A DNA stretch of 64,000 nucleotides. Source: Candidatus Nealsonbacteria bacterium (GTDB lineage Bacteria; Patescibacteriota; Minisyncoccia; Minisyncoccales; JBGOYX01). A program made the translations under genes and the position numbers. How positions within the stretch are numbered: position 1 is the first letter of the stretch; each line of letters starts with the position of its first letter. Positions 1 to 6,227 of this stretch are shown in pieces. Under the pieces are notes generated by a model that searched no databases, had not been told where the DNA came from, and was given only the letters and a program-made list of their open reading frames with translations. The stretch covers positions 567 through 64,566 of the forward strand of contig CAWFZW010000003.1 in NCBI GenBank assembly GCA_963820485.1, in the 5' to 3' direction.

Positions 1-376
1 CGTCTGATTTTTGAGCACTGATTACGTTAAGATTCGCCTCAGCTTCTTTAAATTGAATATAAAGTTGAGAAGTATCTAGTTTAGCTAAACCTTGGTTAGC
101 TGTAACGTTATCACCAACTTTGACGTAAATTTTTTCAATTTTTCCGGAATTCTTAAAATTAAGGTCTATTTCTTCTCCTTTTTTAATCCTTCCAGTTTCT
201 GAAACTTCTTGAGTAATTGTTCCCCGTCCAACTTCGGCCAAATTAAGTCCATTTTTACTCTTTTTGAAAAAAGCCTGATAAATACTGAAAATCAACAAAA
301 CAATAAGAATTGGAACGACTATTTTCTTTTTATTCTTTATTGAATTTAGAACTTGAGAAAAATTTATTTTTATCAT
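1..376 (-). CDS. HlyD/MacA-type efflux adaptor (membrane-fusion) protein, N-terminal part, runs off the left edge
   Basis: Not in the ORF track because it is truncated. Minus-strand ATG at 374-376 gives MIKINFSQVLNSIKNKKKIVVPILIVLLIFSIYQAFFKK...GRGTITQEVSETGRIKKGEEIDLNFKNSGKIEKIYVKVGDNVTANQGLAKLD: a TM anchor followed by a lipoyl-like hairpin. Confidence 0.45.
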   Translation of the reverse strand, partial: MIKINFSQVLNSIKNKKKIVVPILIVLLIFSIYQAFFKKSKNGLNLAEVGRGTITQEVSETGRIKKGEEIDLNFKNSGKIEKIYVKVGDNVTANQGLAKLDTSQLYIQFKEAEANLNVISAQKSD

Positions 377-425
377 ATTTTTATTTTTTAATTTCGGAAT
401 TTATATATAATTTTACTATACCGAA

Positions 426-457
426 ATCAAGGTTCTTGCCGAAGGCAAGGTTCTTAT
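426..457 (-). repeat. Family-A palindromic element, copy A1 (ATAAGAACCTTGCCTTCGGCAAGAACCTTGAT in gene sense)
   Basis: Matches 9 other copies. Its TAA (454-456) is the stop codon of ORF 454..804. Confidence 0.75.
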
Positions 458-804
458 ATTTTTCTAATTAAAATTTTGTGCCAGTCGGAATAATCGTAAA
501 TTCCCTGAAAGACCCAACCACCTAAAATTCCGAAGGAGAAAGGAGCAAGTGGAAGAGAAAATTTAAAAATTAATACTGAAATTAAAATTCCTAAACCAAA
601 TATCCAATGATGTAAATGCAATCGCCGATCTCCAATATTAAAAACCCTTGATTTAATTATTCCTAATTGGCCAGTTTTCTTTCCAGAAAGAATTTTTGAA
701 ATGATATAACCAAAAATTATTCCAAAATAAATTTCTAAAGAAATTAATGCGACAGGTATAGTGAAAAAAATAATTTTTGACTTTATTAATCTGAATTTTA
801 TCAT
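454..804 (-). CDS. small integral membrane protein, function unknown
   Basis: 116-aa ORF with about 3 hydrophobic helices. I recognise no family. Confidence 0.5.
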   Translation of the reverse strand: MIKFRLIKSKIIFFTIPVALISLEIYFGIIFGYIISKILSGKKTGQLGIIKSRVFNIGDRRLHLHHWIFGLGILISVLIFKFSLPLAPFSFGILGGWVFQGIYDYSDWHKILIRKI

Positions 805-806
805 AG

Positions 807-877
807 CGGGTCTGCCTCGATTCGAACGAGGAACATCGCTTTTGGAGAGCGAAATTATACCATTTAACTACAGACCC
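807..877 (-). tRNA. tRNA-Trp (anticodon CCA), CCA tail not encoded
   Basis: Reverse complement GGGTCTGTAGTTAAATGGTATAATTTCGCTCTCCAAAAGCGATGTTCCTCGTTCGAATCGAGGCAGACCCG folds as a cloverleaf. Anticodon loop is CTCCAAA. Confidence 0.85.
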
Positions 878-930
878 TCTAAACAAAGATTTTCAAATCT
901 TTGTCGAGCCCGACCCTTTGGGTGTAGGGC
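878..930 (-). promoter_or_regulatory. conserved module directly 5' of a tRNA gene (GGGTCGGGCTCGAC, covarying hairpin, T[T/A]TAGA); second copy at 38356-38411
   Basis: Alignment of the two copies. Hairpin CAAAGATTT..AAATCTTTG versus CGAAGATTT..TAATCTTCG carries compensatory changes. Confidence 0.4.
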
Positions 931-1092
931 TTACCTTTTTGCTTCTTTGTGCACCGTATGTTTCCGGCACCATTTGCAGAATTTTTTCAACTCCAATTTC
1001 TTCTCGGCCATTAGCTTTGATTTACGAGTAAAATAATTTATTCTTTTGCATTGCGTACATTGAAGTTTTATAAAAGGTTTTTTTGTTGCCAT
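931..1092 (-). CDS. rpmG: 50S ribosomal protein L33
   Basis: Not in the ORF track. Minus-strand ORF MATKKPFIKLQCTQCKRINYFTRKSKLMAEKKLELKKFCKWCRKHTVHKEAKR (53 aa) has the CxxC...CxxC zinc ribbon typical of L33. Confidence 0.85.
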   Translation of the reverse strand: MATKKPFIKLQCTQCKRINYFTRKSKLMAEKKLELKKFCKWCRKHTVHKEAKR

Positions 1093-1111
1093 AATTTTAA
1101 ATTTATATTTG

Positions 1112-1184
1112 AGCCAGGAACGAGATTCGAACTCGTGACCTTTCCCTTACCATGGGAATGCTCTACCAACTGAGCTATCCTGGC
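1112..1184 (-). tRNA. tRNA-Thr (anticodon GGT)
   Basis: Reverse complement GCCAGGATAGCTCAGTTGGTAGAGCATTCCCATGGTAAGGGAAAGGTCACGAGTTCGAATCTCGTTCCTGGCT is a canonical 73-nt cloverleaf. Confidence 0.9.
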
Positions 1185-1192
1185 ATTTATTG

Positions 1193-1275
1193 TGGGTAGG
1201 GAGGGACTTGCACCCCCGAAGGCCAGTGGCCGCCAGATTTACAGTCTGGTGCGTTAGCTACTCCGCCACCTACCC
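1193..1275 (-). tRNA. tRNA-Tyr (anticodon GTA), class II with long variable arm
   Basis: Reverse complement GGGTAGGTGGCGGAGTAGCTAACGCACCAGACTGTAAATCTGGCGGCCACTGGCCTTCGGGGGTGCAAGTCCCTCCCTACCCA. Anticodon loop is CTGTAAA. Confidence 0.85.
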
Positions 1276-1438
1276 AGGTGGTAATACTTTGTTAATCGCG
1301 GCACGTCCCGACTTCGTCGGGACTAACACCACTCTTTAGAAACCCTCTGTTTCTAACATTTTCGCCCTCGGCGAAAGCCTGTTTTCCTATACTGGGAAAC
1401 CGAATGGTTTCCCCGACCCCTTTCCGATATCTGATGTC
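1276..1438 (-). ncRNA. E-family structured element, copy 1 (ends at +1 of tRNA-Tyr)
   Basis: Aligns with 8280-8436 and 53167-53326. Shared core: CATCGGAAGGGGGTCGGGGAAACC-ATTC-GGTTTCCCCGTGTAGGAAAA, TTAGAAAC-AGAGG-GTTTCTAA, GCGATTAAC...TTACCAC. Confidence 0.5.
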
Positions 1439-1458
1439 TTAATTATATACTATTTTAT

Positions 1459-2143
1459 CTATTTTTCAATGGTTTTTTGGCGTTTTTTCCTCCATTCTTT
1501 GATTTTTTTATGATGGCCAGATAATAAAACTTTTGGTACCTTCCAATAAATTCCTTTTCTGGGGAAGAAAACTTCCGGCCTGGTATATTGCGGATATTCA
1601 ATAAATCCTTTTTCTTTAGTAATTCTTTCTTTCAATAATTCTGCTTTCCCTAAAACTCCGGGAATCAATCTGGAAATCGTTTCCATAACTATCATTGCCG
1701 GCAATTCTCCGCCCATTAAATCGTAATGTCCTATTGATAATTCCATATCGGCGATATGTTTTGCCACTCTTTCATCTACTCCTTCATACCTGCCGCAAAT
1801 TAAAATTATTTGATTAAGTTTAGAAAGTTTATAAGCTATTTTTTGATTAAATTGCTTTCCCCTCGGCGTAAATAAAATTATTTTTGATTTTAGATTTTTG
1901 ATTTTTGATTTTGAATTTTAAAAATTGAATCGCTTTGAAAATAGGTTCAATTTTCAGAACCATTCCCAATCCCCCGCCATAGGGCCTGTCGTCAACTGTT
2001 TTATGTCGGTCATTCGTCCATTTTCTTAAATTATGAACGTTAATTTTAATTAATTTCTTTTTTTGTGCCCGCGAAATCAAACTCTCTTTTAAATAAGAGT
2101 TGAACATTTCGGGAAAAATAGTAATAATATCAAAATTTAACAT
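1459..2143 (-). pseudogene. trmD: tRNA (guanine37-N1)-methyltransferase TrmD, interrupted by one +1 frameshift (possibly an assembly indel)
   Basis: The two ORF-track fragments join as ...KSKIK|IILFTPRGKQFNQKIAYKLSKLNQIILICGRYEGVDERV... The shift is in the A5 run at about 1881-1885. Confidence 0.8.
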
Positions 2144-2202
2144 AGGATAAGAAATGAAAACCGCGCTACAAATAATGATAGCACGGTTTTCGGTTTTGTA
2201 AA

Positions 2203-2280
2203 ACCCCGTTAGAGAGCTTTTCTCTAAAGAAGTTTACTCAATATTTGTCCCGTTAAAAATTAAGTAATCTCTAACGGGGT
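2203..2280 (-). promoter_or_regulatory. F-family intergenic structure (ACCCCGTTAGAGA ... TCTCTAACGGGGT inverted repeat with an internal competing CCCGTTAA)
   Basis: 13-bp inverted repeat seen directly. A related element lies at 31805-31937. Confidence 0.35.
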
Positions 2281-2306
2281 AAACAGACTTTAAGAGTTCT
2301 CGTCGT

Positions 2307-2618
2307 TTACAGCTTTAAATCTTCGAGATCTTCAGCTTTTCTTCCTCGAGACGGTCTTCCGCCTTCTGGCTCTTCAATCTTCAAATTCACGCTAGCGTGA
2401 TTTTTAAGACCGACGATTCTGACCAGAGATCTTATGGATCTGGCGGTAGAACCTTCTTTTCCTATGATCTGACCCATGTCTTCAGGGTTTACTTTCAAAG
2501 AAAGTAAAACTCCCATTTCATCAACCTTGCGGTCGATTTTGACATCTTCCGGGTGATCAACTAAACCTTTCACCAAATACTCAAGGAAATCCTGATCGCT
2601 TGATTTTTTCTCAGCCAT
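2307..2618 (-). CDS. KH-domain RNA-binding protein (UPF0109/YlqC-like)
   Basis: KH motif IIGKEGSTARSIRSLV. Conserved position between rpsP and trmD. Confidence 0.75.
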   Translation of the reverse strand: MAEKKSSDQDFLEYLVKGLVDHPEDVKIDRKVDEMGVLLSLKVNPEDMGQIIGKEGSTARSIRSLVRIVGLKNHASVNLKIEEPEGGRPSRGRKAEDLEDLKL

Positions 2619-2663
2619 AGTTCTTTCAGTAATTTAACTGATTAAATCATTAATTAATTCCTA

Positions 2664-2767
2664 ACAGTAGCCCGACCTTCTTGCCCCGTTAAATTTGTTT
2701 CACAACTATTTAATGGGGTCTGCGATTCTCTCCTACAACATAACGGGAGAATCTGAAAAGCTACTAT
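2664..2767 (-). promoter_or_regulatory. structured 5' leader (three-way junction) of the KH-protein/trmD transcript
   Basis: Closing stem ATAGTAGC/GCTACTGT, hairpin GATTCTC..GAGAATC and hairpin CCCCATTAAAT..ATTTAACGGGG. It begins at the predicted transcription start. Confidence 0.35.
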
Positions 2768-2772
2768 TTGAC

Positions 2773-2828
2773 ATTTTATCTTTTTTAAAAAATTTGTCAA
2801 CCCTTCACCTTTGGCTAAAGGTGAAGTG
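2773..2828 (-). promoter_or_regulatory. sigma70-type promoter (TTGACA-16-TAAAAT) abutted by GC-rich hairpin CTTCACCTTT/AAAGGTGAAG
   Basis: -35 at 2795-2800 and -10 at 2773-2778 (minus strand). Hairpin at 2801-2828. Confidence 0.55.
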
Positions 2829-2908
2829 TCAATAGAACCCATCTTTCAGCCCAAAAATTTATTTTGAGCTAAAAAATGGAAGGGAATAAAAATATCATTT
2901 GAGTATCT

Positions 2909-3421
2909 TTATCCCCTTCGTTCCAAGCTGATTAAGTGCAACGAAACGCGAAATCCCATTCCTTCCAGTTTTTTATTAATAATCGTCTGTTCGCTTTCTG
3001 GAAGACATTTTCCATCTTCTTCCCAAGTCATAATCTCTCCAGGAGTTACGATTTTTTTGCATTTTACTACAAGAATAGTAACTTTCCTGTCTTTCCTATT
3101 TAATTGCCCAATCATCATTGTCTTATAGTGCAACGCAAAAATGTCGTTTTTCCGCCACTTAGCAAGATGTAACAGGTCGTTTTTTGTAGGGATTATCGCA
3201 CCTTCAATGATATGAAAGTGAAAGGTTGCATATCTTTCCTCTTTTTTAGGAATAGGCGGAGGAAACACTATTTTATCAGCCGTTCCTTTAAAAAGAGGTG
3301 TGATTTTTAGAGTTTTTGGTTTACGTAAAACTCTAAAGCCAACCTCGATACCTTCCTCTTTTAAGACCTGCGCTGCTTCCTCAATCCTTGCTCGGAACAT
3401 AGGATTTTGGAAAAGTTTCAT
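2909..3421 (-). CDS. hypothetical protein, 170 aa (start moved to MKLFQNPMF)
   Basis: GAAAGGAGGG Shine-Dalgarno lies 8 nt upstream of the ATG at 3421. The ORF-track extension reads through a 14-bp hairpin. Confidence 0.55.
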   Translation of the reverse strand: MKLFQNPMFRARIEEAAQVLKEEGIEVGFRVLRKPKTLKITPLFKGTADKIVFPPPIPKKEERYATFHFHIIEGAIIPTKNDLLHLAKWRKNDIFALHYKTMMIGQLNRKDRKVTILVVKCKKIVTPGEIMTWEEDGKCLPESEQTIINKKLEGMGFRVSLHLISLERRG

Positions 3422-3448
3422 TTTTACTTTTCCCTCCTTTCTGCCGTC

Positions 3449-3527
3449 ATAGCGGCGAGATGCCCTCCTGCTGTAGAATACTACCGAAGGACATCTCGCC
3501 GCTATGAAATTTTTTAAAAAGAACTGT
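3449..3527 (-). repeat. conserved 5' module ACAGTTCTTTTTAAAAAATTTCATAGCGGCGAG plus 14-bp hairpin; second copy at 4404-4499
   Basis: Direct comparison of the two loci. Hairpin arms at 3449-3462 and 3492-3505. Confidence 0.6.
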
Positions 3528-3655
3528 CCCCCAATAAGCTGCCAAGGAAAACAAGGAGAGAGATTTTTAATGTCCTTCCCTGGCAACTTGTTAGGGGCGA
3601 GATCGAGATGTGCTAATGTTTAAAACTCTCCCTCGCTCCATACAGATAGAAGGTT

Positions 3656-3856
3656 TTATTTTTCCGATAACAGAGCAGCTACCTTCTTAAGCCGCTCCTC
3701 GCTTCCGGGATTACAAACCATCTCTATCTCGTTTTTCTCTATCCTCATCCCCAAAATGACATCTGCTTCGCGTCTTGCTTCATCAATCTTGGGAAATATC
3801 TCTCGCCACGTCACGCCTCGAAGAGTAAGTTTGTTCCCTTTAAGTAAAATTTCCAT
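3656..3856 (-). CDS. hypothetical protein, 66 aa
   Basis: ORF preceded by CAAGGAGGTGATAACTAAATG (strong SD). Confidence 0.5.
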   Translation of the reverse strand: MEILLKGNKLTLRGVTWREIFPKIDEARREADVILGMRIEKNEIEMVCNPGSEERLKKVAALLSEK

Positions 3857-4032
3857 TTAGTTATCACCTCCTTGGAAATTTCCCTTTGAGAAACTGCTAA
3901 TTTTTAGTAATCTCTCAAAGGGAGGAAGGTTGAAGTTTGTGCGAGTGTCCCCAACCTCCCTTATTGATACGCTTTTTTGTATCAGTGGAGCGTATCTACT
4001 CCCTGACAACCAGTTTCATGAACTCTGGAAAA

Positions 4033-4320
4033 CTATTCAATTATCCTCCCCGCGATCTCCTTGATGACCTTTCTTACGGCGACTTTTCTTTTGGAGAGAA
4101 ATCCTTTTTTAACGAGAACTTCTTCAAAAATCGTCAGCCGATCCTTACTGATTTCTACTATGTCCCCGATGAACTCATCGGGCCCAAATAAATCAATAAG
4201 ACGCCCCATTCCAGGAGACTTAAGGGTTTTTAGATGAAATTTATCATCTGTTCCCCTTGTTAGTTCGTACTCCGCAGGCTTAAAACACGGGTGATATTGC
4301 ATCTTGATGATCATTTTCAT
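4033..4320 (-). CDS. hypothetical protein, 95 aa
   Basis: ORF preceded by GAAGGAGAAAAAAATG. Confidence 0.5.
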   Translation of the reverse strand: MKMIIKMQYHPCFKPAEYELTRGTDDKFHLKTLKSPGMGRLIDLFGPDEFIGDIVEISKDRLTIFEEVLVKKGFLSKRKVAVRKVIKEIAGRIIE

Positions 4321-4403
4321 TTTTTTCTCCTTCTTCCCGAAAGAAAAATTTTTATGCCAGTCTCCAAGATCCCCTTGAACCGCTGACTCGGACCACTATT
4401 TTC

Positions 4404-4499
4404 CATAGCGGCGAGCTGGTTACAAAAATTATAACGACTAATAAAATTTCGTTTTTTATAACCATTTCGCCGCCATGAAAGTTTTTAAAAAGAACTGTT
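4404..4499 (-). repeat. second copy of the ACAGTTCTTTTTAAAAACTTTCATGGCGGCGA module plus long hairpin
   Basis: See 3449-3527. Confidence 0.6.
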
Positions 4500-4589
4500 T
4501 TACGCCTTAATTCATAAATATTTTTACGAACTAAGGAGTAAAGTGGGCAGAATTTTTATCGCGGTGCCCACATCACCGCCCAGGGCAAA

Positions 4590-4685
4590 TTATTTGTTAT
4601 TTTTGCGCTGTTCTGCCCAAAAGGTCTCCGAAGCATGAATCTTTGCCATAACTTCGTTAAGAGTCCTTTTTTCTTCGTCTGACAT
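4590..4685 (-). CDS. candidate 31-aa peptide MSDEEKRTLNEVMAKIHASETFWAEQRKNNK
   Basis: Not in the ORF track. AAGAAGGAGGTGATATAAAATG. The SD is buried in a 17-bp hairpin (4692-4739). Confidence 0.4.
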   Translation of the reverse strand: MSDEEKRTLNEVMAKIHASETFWAEQRKNNK

Positions 4686-4988
4686 TTTATATCACCTCCT
4701 TCTTGGGTGATAGCACACACTGACCCAAGAAAGAGGTGATTTTTATTTAAGGTGCAATTTCACTTTCAAATTCGTAAAATTTTTTATGAACTTGAAAATG
4801 CGGTGGAAACGTATAGAATAAGGGCGCATTTCACGCGGCTCCTTATAGTATAGGCCGGTACGTTTCCACACTATTTTTTTATTTTTTGCCCCCGACCTGG
4901 TGGGCCCCCGGGTTCGGCTTTTTTTTATATCAGCTTTAGCCTGCCGGGTCTAATGCGTTCAGTACCTCATGATAAAAATCTCCTTTCA

Positions 4989-5258
4989 CTACTCTTTCAC
5001 TATTCTTTCAATCTCATCATACTTGAAAAGCTCAAGTACCCTACTGACACGGGCATCGGCTGACCTTAGCCCCTCAGCGGCACTCTGGCAATACGTAATG
5101 GCGCCGTTCAGAGCCATTACCTTCCGCGTCCTCTGATGTGAATTTACGTCGTCTACCTTTTTTCTCTTTTCTTCGACGACTTTAGCCACCTCACTAACAG
5201 CAACCTGAGCCCTTGCAATCGCCTCCCTTACTGCTTGTATATCTTCAACATTAATCAT
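4989..5258 (-). CDS. hypothetical helical protein, 89 aa
   Basis: ORF preceded by AAGGGGGAATTATATG. Confidence 0.5.
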   Translation of the reverse strand: MINVEDIQAVREAIARAQVAVSEVAKVVEEKRKKVDDVNSHQRTRKVMALNGAITYCQSAAEGLRSADARVSRVLELFKYDEIERIVKE

Positions 5259-5495
5259 ATAATTCCCCCTTATTAGTGTAGTATTTATTTCAATCCATTC
5301 AGGAATTATTTGTTTAAAGAACTATATCAACTTCTCATTTCCGCGATTACGAATTTGAGAAGATGTTTTCCATCTTTCAGCCCACCTGTTTTACTTGTCC
5401 TCCGTAGTTTTAACGAAGGATGGATGAGTTGAAGAATGGAACGGAAGCTTATATTATGCGAATACTAGCTTCCGTCCGCTTGCCCAGCGTCAGGC

Positions 5496-5645
5496 CTAAA
5501 GTACTACATGAAGTAGAGCTGCTGATATCGCTAAACCGGCTAGCAGCCCGAGGAGGTACAAGTGCCTCCTTTTGAAAATGACTGGTAAAAAAGTCATTCC
5601 CAAGACTACAACCACACTTCCCCCTACTACTAGAATCTCTTTCAT
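5496..5645 (-). CDS. 49-aa hydrophobic two-helix peptide (start moved to MKEILVVGG)
   Basis: AAAGGAGGAATTATG precedes the internal Met. The upstream ATG at 5690 lies in the hairpin TTCGGTCA-GTAA-TGACCGAA. Confidence 0.5.
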   Translation of the reverse strand: MKEILVVGGSVVVVLGMTFLPVIFKRRHLYLLGLLAGLAISAALLHVVL

Positions 5646-5774
5646 AATTCCTCCTTTGCTTACTGATATATTATATGTGTATTCGGTCATTACTGACCGA
5701 AATTGTTTCCTTTGGCGGGGCGGTCGATTCCCCGCCGAACTTAGGAAATAGGTATGAAAACGAAATGTAATGTG

Positions 5775-6136
5775 CTATTAAACTAACAAGTGGCTCTCGG
5801 AGAGAGCCACTTGGTCAAATGTCTATTTTTTCTCTCTCCTTTGATTTTTGATTTTTCCTGTAAATTGTCTCCAAATTTCTTTGAAGAAAATTTACAGAAG
5901 AGGGGAAGCAGTAAGGAGGTGGCTGCTGGGATTCTCGGTGGTGGTAGGGTCGTGACTAACTATATCTACCAACTTCACCGAGAACCCAGCAAACCATTCC
6001 TTACTATCTTTCGCTTCCCCTCAGAACTTTCTTTTTTTAATGTATAGGTGCAAATCCCTCTTCTCTAGCTTATTTAAGGAGAAGGATTTGAACCTGTTTT
6101 TATATCGTTTTCAATGTTCTTTCTTTACCCTCTTAC
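5775..6136 (-). ncRNA. candidate ~360-nt non-coding transcript or long structured leader
   Basis: Lies downstream of a perfect consensus promoter and has no plausible ORF. Contains a 119-nt rod hairpin (5902-6020) and a hairpin at 6047-6095. A 12-bp stem at 5787-5813 is followed by TTAGTTT. Confidence 0.35.
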
Positions 6137-6142
6137 AGCTTA

Positions 6143-6197
6143 ATTATAGCATATTATTTTATATTTGTCAATACCCCACACCTTTCGGGTGTGGGGT
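6143..6197 (-). promoter_or_regulatory. consensus sigma70 promoter TTGACA-17-TATAAT abutted by hairpin ACCCCACACC/GGTGTGGGGT
   Basis: -35 at 6166-6171 and -10 at 6143-6148 (minus strand). Hairpin at 6173-6197, just after the rpsP stop. Confidence 0.6.
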
Positions 6198-6227
6198 CTT
6201 TAATAAGCGATCCAAATCTCTTTTTGA

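Noticed and set aside
2640-2767. SRP (4.5S) RNA, because of the neighbouring rpsP/trmD context and a ..GCAAGAAGG.. string
   Set aside because: There is no helix-8 GNRA-capped hairpin with the conserved symmetric and asymmetric loops. It is better described as an unassigned leader.
2841-5390. 15-nt identical string CCATCTTTCAGCCCA at 2843-2857 and 5371-5385 as att-like direct repeats of the island
   Set aside because: One or two chance 15-mer matches are expected in 64 kb. The second copy is internal to the island, not at its edge. The flanks show no further similarity.
5902-6100. Possible permuted (two-piece) tmRNA. GGGGAAG (about 6020) could pair with CTTCTCC (about 6075) to give a G3:U70 acceptor next to a GGTTCAAATCC T-loop-like sequence
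   Set aside because: GGGGAAGC pairs perfectly with GCTTCCCC inside the 119-nt rod hairpin. The putative T stem has only 3 bp. The discriminator would be U. I found no tag-like reading frame or ..CCACCA end.
6040-6100. tRNA gene suggested by GGATTTGAACC and GGTGCAAATCC strings
   Set aside because: The two T-loop-like strings are the two arms of one hairpin. No acceptor, D or anticodon arms can be drawn.
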